Below are positions 28,532 through 38,764 of a stretch of 64,000 nucleotides of DNA, piece after piece. The notes under the pieces were generated by a model. It was not told where the DNA came from and did no database searches. It was given only the letters and a program-made list of their open reading frames with translations. This stretch comes from Longimicrobiales bacterium (lineage in GTDB: Bacteria > Gemmatimonadota > Gemmatimonadetes > Longimicrobiales > Gaopeijiaceae): contig CBDDCX010000008.1 of assembly GCA_965226375.1 (NCBI GenBank), positions 352,001 through 416,000 of the forward strand, written 5' to 3'. The translations under genes were made by a program, and so were the position numbers. Numbering within the stretch: the stretch's first letter is position 1; every line of letters begins with the position of its first letter.

Positions 28532-30233
28532 ACCGCCCAGGCCAACGGGAGGCGATTCCATGACTCGGTGGGAGGGGGAAGCGCTCCCCCACGAAGTCGA
28601 GGAGACCATCCGGCGAGTGTTGAAGGCTGCCCAGCTGCCCTCCTTCGATCGGCCCGACGTCGAGGCGGATCTACGGGGCCATTTCGAGGACGGGCTGGCG
28701 GCAGGCCGTACGGTTCCGGAGCTCCTGGACCGGTTCGGCTGCCCCGACGAGGCGGGCCGCAAGATAGCCCGAGTGCGCGGCAAACATGCGAGCGATCTGA
28801 GTCATGGAAACGATGGGAGGTGGTGGATGTCCGTGAGGGAACTGTGCCGCGAGGCCAAGCTGTCGGCGAGAACGCTGATGCGTGCACCGGCGTTTTCGTT
28901 GTTAGTGGTGACGACCCTCGCCCTGGGCGTCGGGGCCAACACCGCGGTATTCACGGCCCTGGACGCCGTTCTGCTAGCGCCGCTTCCGTACGACGCACCG
29001 GAGCGCCTCGTACGCGTCTACGAAGTGCGGGCCGATGACGAGGGGCAGAGCACCGGTTTCCTGCGACCCGCGGCGGTCCTCGAGTACCGGGAGTGGGACG
29101 AGGTCTTCGAGTCCTTCGGCGTGATCGACAGCTACCGGGAGATGGGAGGTGACCTGACCGACGGGGACCAGCCCGAGCGGGTCATCGTGTCGCACGCCGA
29201 CATAGGACTCTTCGAGTCCCTTGGCGTCGAGCCGCTCAGGGGTCGATTCTTCCATGAGGAGGAGAGCGTCTTTCCCGGAGAGAGCTCGGATCGATCGCCG
29301 GGAGCTCCGGTGACCGTCCTGTCACACGGTCTTTGGGAGCGGCGCTTTGCAGCCGATCCCGGTGTGGTGGGCAGCACGGTCCAGCTCGACGGCAGCACCT
29401 TCGAGGTGGTGGGTGTCATGCCGCAGGGGTTCACCAACCCGTTCGGCAGTCCGCCCGATCTCTGGGTGCCTCAGGACCTGCGCATGGGTGGCTACAACAC
29501 CTGGGGAAACCACTACCTGTCTGGTGTGGCCCGATTGCGGGAGGGCGTGTCGATAGAGTTGGCACAGGACCGGATCGAGGCGCTCGTGGCCGGGCTCGTC
29601 GAGTCCAACAGCGACGCCGAGGGCTGGACGGTGCGGCTCCGCCCGCTTCGAGACGATGTGGTGGGTGAGAACCGGCGCACCATGCTCTGGATTCTCGCAG
29701 TCGCCGTGGGGCTCGTGCTCCTGAGCGCCTGTGTCAACGTGGGTAATCTGATCTTCGCACGGAGTTTGGGGCGCGGAGGCGACCTGGCCGTGCGTGGTGC
29801 GCTGGGATCGGGTCGTGCCAGGCTAATGGCGCACCTCCTGATGGAGAGCGGCCTTCTCGCGGTAGCCGGTGGGATGGCGGGAGTGGTTGTGGGCTGGGTT
29901 GGTGTCAGGGGTATTCTGCTGCTTGCGCCCGATGCCCTCCCGGCACTCATGACTCCCGAGTTGAGCTTTCGGGTCTTCATGGTCGCTCTGGCCGCGACCA
30001 CGGTGGCACTCGCTCTCTTCGGCCTGGTGCCGGCCCTCCGATTTTCGCTGACATCGCCCGCCGATGCACTCCGGGCAGGGGGCCGAGGCGGGACCGGGGG
30101 TCGGGGCCTACGCGGCATGCGCAATCTGCTGGTCGTCATCCAGGTGGCCGTAGCCCTCGTGCTCATGGTGGGAGCCGGACTGCTGGTTCGCAGCTTCTCG
30201 GCCCTCCAGAGAGTGGACCTCGGTCTTGCTCCA

Positions 30234-31300
30234 ATGGGGTATTGCCTTAAGTCCACCGCCCACTACATGTTGTGGTCATGGCGGTTCCGGCTTCTCAGCT
30301 CCGTGGCGGCGTGGACTATCCCCGTACGCGGCTGGAGCTGGACGAGTTCTTCCCCGACGATGCGGCATGCCTGGAGTACGTGGAGGGTCTGCGCTGGCCG
30401 GAAGGGTTTGTGTGCGTGGGCTGTGGCGGGTTGGGAGAGGTCTGGCGAGCATCGCGGGGGCGTCTCGTCTGCCCACACTGTCGAAGGCAGACCTCGGTGC
30501 TGGCGGGAACCGTGTTCCACCGCACGCGCTCGCCCCTGCGTCTGTGGTTTCTCGCTGCCTGGGAGCTCACGAGCCAGAAATACGGAGCCAATGCTCTCGG
30601 GCTCCAGCGCGTGCTCGGACTGGGAAGCTACAAGACAGCGTGGGTCTGGCTCCACAAGCTCCGCCGGGCCATGGTCCGACCGGATCGCGACCAGCTGAGC
30701 GGCGTTGTGCAAGTGGACGAGAGCTATGTCGGGGGCGTGGAGGCTGGAGTGCGGGGCCGCGAGACGATCAAGAAGGCCATCGTCGCGATCGCCGCCGAGG
30801 TCGACGGACGCAAGATCGGGAGAATACGGCTGCGTTGGGTGCCCGACCTCTCCGCTCCGGTTCTGCGAGGCTTCGTCAAGGATAGCATCGCACCGGCAAG
30901 CACGGTGCATACCGACGGATGGCCAAGCTATCAGGGACTCGCCAAACTGGGCTTTCGCCACACGGTCACGAACCTCTCGACCTCCGGCGATCCCGCTCAC
31001 GTGCTCATGTCGGCCGTACATCGGGTGGCGTCTCTCCTCAAGCGCTGGGTCCTCGGAACCCTCCAAGGAGGGATCGCCCGCGAACACCTCCCCTACTATC
31101 TGGACGAGTTCACCTTTCGCTTCAACCGACGCACATCCCGGGCTCGCGGCCTGTTGTTCTACCGCTTGCTTGAGCAGGCTGTTCAGTGTGCTCCCACGCC
31201 AGCTTCGGCCCTTTACCTCGGCACCGGACGTGGGAAACGGCCCGCAGAGCCCCGGTAACCACTATATCTTGGGGTCGGTGGACTTAAGGGAATACCCCCT
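30234..31300 (+). mobile_element. IS1595-family insertion sequence, 1067 bp
   Basis: TIRs ATGGGGTATTGCCTTAAGTCCACCG / AGGGGGTATTCCCTTAAGTCCACCG (reverse complement; 23 of 25 match); direct repeat TTGCTCCA at 30226-30233 and 31301-31308. Confidence 0.95.
30272..31258 (+). CDS. IS1595-family DDE transposase
   Basis: Zn ribbon CVGC..CPHC; GTVFHRTRSPL; VQVDESYVGG; VHTDG; YLDEFTFRFNRR; start could be ATG 30278. Confidence 0.95.
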   Translation: MVMAVPASQLRGGVDYPRTRLELDEFFPDDAACLEYVEGLRWPEGFVCVGCGGLGEVWRASRGRLVCPHCRRQTSVLAGTVFHRTRSPLRLWFLAAWELTSQKYGANALGLQRVLGLGSYKTAWVWLHKLRRAMVRPDRDQLSGVVQVDESYVGGVEAGVRGRETIKKAIVAIAAEVDGRKIGRIRLRWVPDLSAPVLRGFVKDSIAPASTVHTDGWPSYQGLAKLGFRHTVTNLSTSGDPAHVLMSAVHRVASLLKRWVLGTLQGGIAREHLPYYLDEFTFRFNRRTSRARGLLFYRLLEQAVQCAPTPASALYLGTGRGKRPAEPR

Positions 31301-32521
31301 TTGCTCCAAAAGACGTCCTCACGCTGGAGGTCCATCTGCCGGATGCGCGCTACACCGACGGAGCCAGCCGACACGCTTTTCACGAGATGTTCCATGATCG
31401 TGTGGTCGGCCTTGCCGGGGTCGAAGCTGTGGCGGCGATCTCTTGGCTCCCCGTGAGTGGACGATACCACATCTGGAGCGTGACGCCCGACATCGACCGG
31501 CTCCGCGAGTCCGACCGATGGGTGGGCGTCGATGTTCGCGTCTTTGCCGGTGACTACTTCAATACGATGGGCATACCGCTGATGCAGGGCGAAGGCCCGA
31601 TGGATGCGGACCTGGAGGGATCCTTTCCAATCTGGGTAAACAAACTGTATGCCGACGTGATGTTCCCCGACGGCGACGCTGTTGGGAGCCTGATCAGGGC
31701 CTCCGGAGAGAGCCGGAGGATCGCCGGAGTCGTCGGCGACGTGGCTTTCGAGCCCCGAGGATCCACTTCCTACCAGATCTATATCCCACACGTGACCTTT
31801 GCCGACGACAGGAACTGGGCCCTGATCCAGACCGTGCGGGCGCGGGGTGACCTCGACGCGCTCAAAGAGCGCATCGGAGACGAGTTGAGGATGGTCGACG
31901 GTGAGCTCGTCCTGTTCCGGCCGCGCCCCATGCAGAGTCTACTGGCGTCCGCCCAGGCTCAAGACCGTTTCGCGGTGAGTCTCATGGGCATCTTCGCCCT
32001 TTTGGCGCTCGTGCTCTCTGGGGTGGGCACGTACGGTGTGCTGGCCACGGCCGTGGCCGGGCGCCGCCGCGAGATCGGCATTCGGATCGCCCTTGGGGCC
32101 GACGCTTTTTCCGTACGGATGATGGTGCTGACATCGGCGGTCGGCATGACCGCAGGAGGCGCGCTGTTGGGCGTAGCGGGCGCCTGGGTCGGATCGCGGT
32201 GGCTCCAAGACCTTCTGTTCGAGGTCAGCCCGGCGGATCCCGGGGTGATGGTGTTCTCGGTCGTTCTACTCGTGCTCTTGAGCGGCGCAGCGGCGTGGGT
32301 GCCCATCCGTCGCGCGACAGGCGTGGACCCTGCGAGGGTGATTACGATGGAGTAGAGGGGGATTTCGAGCGTCAGCTGTCTTCGACGGACGCGCGCAACG
32401 CGCGATCGAAGGTGTGGATTCGCTTGACCCCGCGACGGCGACAGCAGGCCAGGTGAAGCAGATCCCGAGCGGTGAGACCGGGGTGTCGGGTGATGGAGGA
32501 ATCGTCCGCGGCCGTTGGACC

Positions 32522-33040
32522 TCAGTCCCGTGGTATGGCCAGGTCCGCGAACCCTGCGTCGAGCTCGACGCTCTGGCCTCCGGGGCGGAGGTAGACGGCG
32601 ATCCGGTATTCTCCGTCCGGCAGGTCGTCGCCCAGGATGGTATAGCCGCTCACGAGACCGGTCTGGTACTCTTCCGTCGCGCCGGGAGCCAGATCGAGCT
32701 CGACCAGAGCCTGCGTGCAGGCGACCTCATCACCGTGATCCCACGCCAGGGCGCCACTCGCGTCGTAGGCTCTCATCAACACCACACATCCGTCGGGGAA
32801 GGTGATCGACTGGGAGGTGGTGGACTGGTTCTCGATCTCTACCGTGACCCCGATCTGGACGGGAAACGACTCGGCGATGGCGAAGCTCGTCACATGACAG
32901 GTGACCCCACCGACTACCAGTTGACTCTGCAGGTTGGGCCCGGTCGCGCTCTCCGCACAAGCGGCCAGCGCGGTGGTGGCCAGGAGCGCGCTGCACGCCG
33001 TCGCCCAACGCCACGTCTTCACTCGTCGATTCAGGCTCAT
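32522..33040 (-). CDS. Lipoprotein with Ig-like (BsuPI-like) domain
   Basis: Lipobox LAAC; ITFPDGC..AWD..ACTQAL..LAPG..LPDGEYRI. Confidence 0.65.
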   Translation of the reverse strand: MSLNRRVKTWRWATACSALLATTALAACAESATGPNLQSQLVVGGVTCHVTSFAIAESFPVQIGVTVEIENQSTTSQSITFPDGCVVLMRAYDASGALAWDHGDEVACTQALVELDLAPGATEEYQTGLVSGYTILGDDLPDGEYRIAVYLRPGGQSVELDAGFADLAIPRD

Positions 33041-33216
33041 CTATCGGTCTCCGTCGTCACTTGCAGTCCGTCGGCCCGCTGCCGTCACACACATGGCATC
33101 GGGCGCCACAATAGACATAACGCGCGAAAGGCCGGTTTTGTGACATGAGATGGCGGTGGGCCGTGCGGTCGGGTGTACGCTCTTGGCATGCCGCGCGCCA
33201 GGCATGGCTCGTCCCG

Positions 33217-34653
33217 TCAGCGTATCACGTACCACTCGGTCTGATAGGTCCGGAAGTACTCATACCCGTTCGCCGTCAGATAGCCGTCATCCTCCATGGG
33301 TATCGTCACCGTGCCCCCGTCGTACTCGGGGACCGCCGTGGTCGCGCTGAATTCGATGGAGCGGTACGCGCCGTCACGGAGGTAGGAGTCCCGACTGGGC
33401 GGTGAGGACAGGTCCATGTTGCGAGCGTTGATGGACGGACCCAGGGCGTGGCCGTGATATCCGATGGGGTGGGAATACAAACTGGGAAGGAAGTCCACCC
33501 CTTCGAGCTTGCCGGCGATGGCCAGGGTGGCCTCCCAGCCGCTCATCCCGGGTCGGGGCTCCGATGCGAACGCCTCGTGAACCAGGTTCGCGTTTCGGAG
33601 AGCGGTCTTCAGCCCCTCGGGTACGTCGTCCTCTCCATCCCGCAGGATGTACGCCACCTTCTGCCAGTCGCTCGCGAAGCCCACGTAGTCGAAGCCGCAG
33701 TCCAGATGGATGATGTCTCCCTGCTGGAAGACGAGGTCGTCCGGGGCCGGGTGGACATAGGGTATCATCTCGCCCGTATCGGGATCGTAGCGCTGAACCG
33801 CCACGTGGATCTCGAACCAAGGTTTTCCACCCACCCCAAGCTCGGCCACGCTCTCCTCGAAGAACCACTTGATATCAGCGGCTCGGGTAACCCCGGGGGT
33901 GACGACGACATTGGAGAGAGCCGTCTGCGCGATCACTGAGGTGGCCAGTACCAGGGCTCGATAGGGCTCCAGCTCGTCGGCCAGACGGGTATCGAACACG
34001 TCTTCGATGAGCTCCACGGCGGATACGAAGCGCGATTCCGCCTCGGCACCCATCGCATCCGCGAGAAACTGGTAGCCGTCGTGAGTGAGACCGCTGTCGT
34101 GTCCCCGGCGACCGCCCATGTTGAGTCCGATCGAGGTGGGGCGATAGCGCTCCCACAGCGCCTGGAGACCGGTGCGGGTGTCCTGGATGCCGCGCGCATT
34201 CCTCGCGGCCGGGATGGGCTCGAAGAAGCGGCGGTAATCTTCGGTGGGTCGCCAGTAGTCGGAGTAGCTGGCGAGGCCCCGTTCGCCGTCATCCACGAAC
34301 ACCATCACGTCGCGTCGCCGCGTGTAGTGTAGCGGGGGTGCCACATACTGGGTCACGGCGTCGGGATGGAACTCCTCGCTCACCACGATCCACATTTCGA
34401 TGCCGTGCTCGCGCATCTGTTCGAGGAGGAGCGGGCGCTTCTGGTCCAGCCACTCAAGGCGGAGTTCGTACTGGGCTCGCATGCCGAGGAGCTCGGGCAT
34501 GGCCGGGATGACGCGGCCGTCGAACAGCTCAATCGGGCCTTCGCCAGCCCCCCCGTTCTCGTCGCGCGCAGGACCGTCGGTGCAGGAGACGAGGAGTGCG
34601 GCGACAGCTGAGCAGATGACTACACGGTAGGCTGCTTGTCTCCTGGCCGTCAT
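33217..34653 (-). CDS. M24 family (Xaa-Pro peptidase-like) lipoprotein
   Basis: Lipobox LVSC; GDIIHLDCG..ASDWQ, YSHPIGYHGHALGP, SIE, MEDD; ATGA overlap with the upstream gene. Confidence 0.85.
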   Translation of the reverse strand: MTARRQAAYRVVICSAVAALLVSCTDGPARDENGGAGEGPIELFDGRVIPAMPELLGMRAQYELRLEWLDQKRPLLLEQMREHGIEMWIVVSEEFHPDAVTQYVAPPLHYTRRRDVMVFVDDGERGLASYSDYWRPTEDYRRFFEPIPAARNARGIQDTRTGLQALWERYRPTSIGLNMGGRRGHDSGLTHDGYQFLADAMGAEAESRFVSAVELIEDVFDTRLADELEPYRALVLATSVIAQTALSNVVVTPGVTRAADIKWFFEESVAELGVGGKPWFEIHVAVQRYDPDTGEMIPYVHPAPDDLVFQQGDIIHLDCGFDYVGFASDWQKVAYILRDGEDDVPEGLKTALRNANLVHEAFASEPRPGMSGWEATLAIAGKLEGVDFLPSLYSHPIGYHGHALGPSINARNMDLSSPPSRDSYLRDGAYRSIEFSATTAVPEYDGGTVTIPMEDDGYLTANGYEYFRTYQTEWYVIR

Positions 34654-36077
34654 ATGCTGCAGACCTGCCCTTCCCCGTCTATCATCGGGAAGCCGGCATC
34701 CTCCCAGGCGGTCATTCCGCCTGTCACGTTGTAGAGGTCCCCGTAGCCGTGCCGGAGCAAGAGACTTATGGCCGTGCTGGAACGGTTGCCTCCTCCACAG
34801 AGCACCGCGATGGAGTCGTCGGTGGCCAGCTCCAGCTTGTCGATCTGGGCCAGTACGTCCAGCTGTGGCGCCATACTGATGTAGGGCATGAAGTGGGCCC
34901 CTTCGATGTGACCCTCGTCCCATTCGTCGCTCTCACGAACATCAAGCGTCCTGAGGCCGTTGGCGGACAGCATGCTCTTCAGTTCATGGACGTCGATCTG
35001 GGGGGTCACCTCCAGGGCGTGTCCTGCTTCGACCCATGCCCCGACACCGCCGTCGAGATACCCGGCCACGAGACGATCCAGCGCGATGAACGCCATCTTG
35101 TAGATGCACGTCTGAGCGTCCTCGGCGGTCTCGCTGAGCAGAAGCAACGGTGTGTCGTCGGGCACCACCCAACCGACTCGCTGCTCGAACTCCGACCCCG
35201 ACTGCTGCACATGGTAGGACCCCGGAATGTGGCCGGCACCGAAGGCGGCCGTGGAGCGCGTGTCGATCAAGGCGTGCCCGGCCTCCATCAGTTCCTGGAC
35301 TCGCTCGAGTGTGAGGGGCTGGGCTGTGGGGATCGTCGACGTCAGCTCCACATGCCCTTGATTCGTCGCGACGATGTTCAGGATGTTCGATAGCTTCAGC
35401 GGCTGATCCTCATCCATATAGGCCGTGAACCGGTCCCGATCCTTGATCGTGAGCGCAGCGTTGTAGCGCCGCTCGTATCCAACCGTTGTGGCAACCTTGC
35501 CACTGGAGACGCGGCCTCACGTGGAGCCGGCGATGTGCCCCGGATAGACCTCCACATGGTCGGGGAGGTCGAGGAAACGTGGTATGGACACGTCGAAGAG
35601 GACGGGCGCACCCTCTTCGCCGGCCTGCGCCAGGTCGGGACGAGCCACATCGCCCACGAACACGAAGTCGGCCGTGAGGATGAACCAGGGCTCGGGCCCC
35701 CGCGGATAGTCGTACACCAGAAGGTTGATCTGCTCGGGGCGATGTCCAGGGGCGTGGACGACCTCCATGCCCACGCCACCCATTCTGATCATGTCTCCGT
35801 GCTTCACCCGCGTGGCTTCGTACGTGATTTCGGTCAACTCCGGCAGGATCAACTCTCCGCCGGTCGCCTCGGCCAGAAGCCGTGCACCCGATACGTGGTC
35901 CGCATGGCTGTGGGAGTCGATGACGTACCGGATGGTCGAGCCCTGCTTCTTGGCCATGTCCAGGTAGGGCTGGATATCCCAGAGAGGATCGAACACGGCG
36001 CATTCACCGGTGCGCTGACAGCCGATCATGTAGGCTGCGCAGCCTGTCTCTTCACGGATGATCGTTTCCAACCACAT
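34650..36077 (-). CDS. Probable selenoprotein: MBL-fold persulfide dioxygenase-like domain + two rhodanese domains (CstB/Blh-like), Sec at codon 187
   Basis: SHSHADH, PGH, GDVARPDL, then YPGHIAGST-TGA(35517-35519)-GRVSSGK..VGYERRYN in frame into the rhodanese domains (LCGGGNRS, GGMTAW); SECIS-like hairpin follows the TGA. Confidence 0.88.
35468..35516 (-). promoter_or_regulatory. Bacterial SECIS-like element
   Basis: mRNA: UGA-13 nt-GUGGCA[AGGU]UGCCAC, with a lower stem GCCGCGUCUCCA/UGGAUACGAGCGGC. Confidence 0.78.
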
Positions 36078-36356
36078 CGCGGTACTCCTTACCGGTAGGC
36101 GCTTTCTACGGTTGGGCGCTCTTTCCGGGCCCCGAGGCCGACTCAGGAATGCCGTCTTAAGGTAGCATCCGTCCGGCAAACCGCACGCTTCGGGGCATCG
36201 CGTCGGGTGTGAGACAACGGCTCGGAGTGGGAATCGCGGCGGGAGCCGCGGTAGAGCCCGCGGCGGAGCCGCGGTATATGGCTTGTCGAGTCGCCTGTGC
36301 TGGACGTAGGCTGACGAGCATCGAAACGGCTCGTCTCCGATCAGAAAGGATCAGCC

Positions 36357-36788
36357 TTGCCCGAAGTCCGACTAGAGCTCTCCCCGTATCAGCGCTTCCT
36401 GGGCGTAGAGCTTGTCCAGGCCGAAGAAGGGCTCGTGGTGATACGCCTGCCGTTCCGGGAGGAGTTCTTGCGACTGGACGACTCCGACTGGCTGCACGGT
36501 GGAATCGTCAGTGCGCTGGCGGACATAGCGGGGGCGTACGCGGTCTTCACGTCCATCGGAGAGGGCGTGCCGACCATCGATCTACGAATCGATTGGCTGC
36601 GGCCGGCCCGACGGGGCACGCTGACGGCGACGGGGCGCACGGTGAAGACCGGACGGCGGGTGTGCGTGGCGGACGTGGAGGTTCGCGACGACGCGGATAC
36701 CCTGCTGGCCGTGGCCCGGGGGACGTTCGCCACGCCCGATCGACCGGCCGAGTCGGCAGACGAGTCGCCAGCTTCGTCTAGCGGCTAG
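36357..36788 (+). CDS. PaaI family thioesterase
   Basis: LHGGIVSALAD, TIDLRIDWLRP, TGRR. Confidence 0.9.
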   Translation: MPEVRLELSPYQRFLGVELVQAEEGLVVIRLPFREEFLRLDDSDWLHGGIVSALADIAGAYAVFTSIGEGVPTIDLRIDWLRPARRGTLTATGRTVKTGRRVCVADVEVRDDADTLLAVARGTFATPDRPAESADESPASSSG

Positions 36789-36823
36789 GGGATCGGGCGA
36801 CCCATGGCGACTCCAGGCTCGAC

Positions 36824-37831
36824 GTGAAGGCCGCCGTCCTGCACGGTCACGGTGATCTGGACCAGATCGTCTACCAGGACTTTGCCGACCCGGAGATGGG
36901 GCCCGAGCAGGTGCTGCTCGGGGTGAAGGCGACCTCCGTCAACTTCCACGACCTGTTCACCCGTCGGGGGATGCCGGGCATCGAAATCTCCTTTCCGCTG
37001 ATTACCGGGTCGGACATCGCTGGAGAGATCCTGAACGTGGGGGCGTCTGTGCAAGGCTGGCAGGCAGGCGATCGGGTGCTCGTCGACCCGGTCGACCTCG
37101 AAGATGGCCGGCCGGGCATGCTCGGAGAGACATCTCACGGAGGGAGGGCGGAGCGAGTCGCGGTGAAGGCGTCACAGCTCATTCGCATGCCCGATGACGT
37201 GACCTATGAGGCCGCTGCCTCCCTCCCACTCGCCTATGGCACGGCCTACCGGATGATGGTGACCCAGGGACAGGTGTCTGCCGGTGACAAGGTACTCGTT
37301 CTGGGGGCGTCGGGAGGGGTAGGCACGGGGTGTGTATTGTTGGCCAAGCTCGCCGGCGCCGAGGTAGTCGCGTGCTCCAGCTCCGAGGCGAAGCTCGAAC
37401 GACTCGGCGAGCTCGGCGCCGACCATCTGATCCACTACGGGGAACATGATCTCCACAAGGAGATCTACCGGATCTTCGGCAAGCCCCGTGTTCTGGGTGG
37501 GGGAGGGGTGGACGTGGTCGTGAATTTCACCGGCGGCGACACATGGGCCACATCACTCAAGTGTCTGACCAAGGGAGGCCGGCTTCTGACGTGTGGTGCC
37601 ACGGCGGGATACGATCCCCAGACCGACATCCGCTACATCTGGACGTTCGAGCAGAGGATCATCGGCTCCGACGGCTGGCTGCGGCGCGACCTGGAAGAGC
37701 TTCTGCGCATGGACTCCGACGGACGCCTGTCACCTGTTATCGATCGTGTAATGCCGCTCGCGGAGGCCCGGGAGGCCGAAGCGCTCCTGGAGGCGCGAGA
37801 GGTGTTCGGCAAGCTCGTACTCGTCCCGTGA
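36824..37831 (+). CDS. Medium-chain dehydrogenase/reductase (quinone oxidoreductase-like)
   Basis: SVNFHD, GSDIAG, VLVLGASGGVG, TCGATAG, FGKLVL. Confidence 0.9.
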   Translation: MKAAVLHGHGDLDQIVYQDFADPEMGPEQVLLGVKATSVNFHDLFTRRGMPGIEISFPLITGSDIAGEILNVGASVQGWQAGDRVLVDPVDLEDGRPGMLGETSHGGRAERVAVKASQLIRMPDDVTYEAAASLPLAYGTAYRMMVTQGQVSAGDKVLVLGASGGVGTGCVLLAKLAGAEVVACSSSEAKLERLGELGADHLIHYGEHDLHKEIYRIFGKPRVLGGGGVDVVVNFTGGDTWATSLKCLTKGGRLLTCGATAGYDPQTDIRYIWTFEQRIIGSDGWLRRDLEELLRMDSDGRLSPVIDRVMPLAEAREAEALLEAREVFGKLVLVP

Positions 37832-38763
37832 CGGGTGATGCGCCCCGCTCCTCGGGGGACATCGACCACCTGGTGCTTGCCGTGCCCGATCTGGACGTCG
37901 CCCGTCATGCGTACTCCGCGATGGGCTTCCAGCTTTCTCCCCGGGCCGTGCATGAGTCCCTGGGGACGGCCAACCACGTCTTCGTGTTCGGCTCGACGTA
38001 CTGCGAACTGCTGGACGTGGTGGATCCGGACCTGGCGGCAGACTCGGTCGGGGGAGCGCTGGCTGCCGGCTCGGGCGTTGCCGGGCTCGCACTTCGCGGG
38101 AGCGCCGACGGGGCTTTCTCCGAGTACGGGGAGCGGGGCATCGTCGCCGCCGAAGCCTTGGAGTTCTCTCGTGCGGCACATATAGCCGGAGCAAAGCGGA
38201 CCGCCCGGTTCCGCATCAGCAAGTTCGCCGACGGCAGCGTGCCCGGGTTCTTCACCTTCGTGTGTGAGCACCTCACCCCCGAGTTCGTTTGGTATCCTGA
38301 AGTCCAGATACACGAAAACGGCGTCACCGGCATCGAAGAGGTGCTCGTTCGTGCCGACGATCCGGCGACGGCCGCAGCCCCCTTCGAACGAGTTCGAGCC
38401 GGATCGGCGAGTGAGGATGGCGGCACGTGGAGTGTGGACCTGGGCCCTCGGCTGCTGATGCGTACGCCCGGGGAGCTGAGCGACTGTTATCCTGGGCTGA
38501 GCGAATCCTATCCGGGGCGGATCGGGTCCTATCCTGGACTGAGCCCGGCGGAAGCCGGGGCGTCGGCGGAGCGCGCCGCCGGAGCCGAATCCACCGATGC
38601 GGGTGTGGCGGGTATCGGCGTCGCTTTCTCGACGTCTTCTCTGGCGGGTGCGATCGCATGCCTCGAGGCTGCGACGGTTCCGTACGCAGAGACCGACACC
38701 GGCTCGATCTACGTGCTTCCGGCGGAGGCGTGCGGGGTCCTCGTCGAGTTCCGGCAAGCGTGA
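37828..38763 (+). CDS. VOC/glyoxalase-like family protein
   Basis: IDHLVLAVPDL, GTANH..YCELL, HENGVTGI; GTGA overlap with the upstream gene. Confidence 0.85.
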   Translation: MTGDAPRSSGDIDHLVLAVPDLDVARHAYSAMGFQLSPRAVHESLGTANHVFVFGSTYCELLDVVDPDLAADSVGGALAAGSGVAGLALRGSADGAFSEYGERGIVAAEALEFSRAAHIAGAKRTARFRISKFADGSVPGFFTFVCEHLTPEFVWYPEVQIHENGVTGIEEVLVRADDPATAAAPFERVRAGSASEDGGTWSVDLGPRLLMRTPGELSDCYPGLSESYPGRIGSYPGLSPAEAGASAERAAGAESTDAGVAGIGVAFSTSSLAGAIACLEAATVPYAETDTGSIYVLPAEACGVLVEFRQA

Positions 38764-38764
38764 C

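Larger units (their letters stand above)
28560..32355 (+). pseudogene. ADOP-type (MacB/FtsX duplicated) ABC permease disrupted by an IS1595-family element
   Basis: TLALGVGANTAVF..LLAPLPY N-half to 30233. Removing 30234-31308 restores one frame (VDLGLAP|KDVLTLEVHLP..MFHDR) ending REIGIRIALGA..RATGVDPARV. Confidence 0.92.

Noticed and set aside
30226..30234. 9-bp target duplication TTGCTCCAA
   Set aside because: Possible from the letters, but the 8-bp reading gives symmetric IS ends and fits the usual IS1595 duplication length.
32356..32456. MarR-wing-like peptide (STDAR..VWIRLT) and cgcgcg-caa-cgcgcg hairpin
   Set aside because: Too short and degenerate; no start codon or HTH region.
36229..36275. 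Four degenerate 11-12 bp GAGCCGCGG units between divergent genes
   Set aside because: Low-complexity GC-rich repeat; cannot be distinguished from slippage and has no assignable function.
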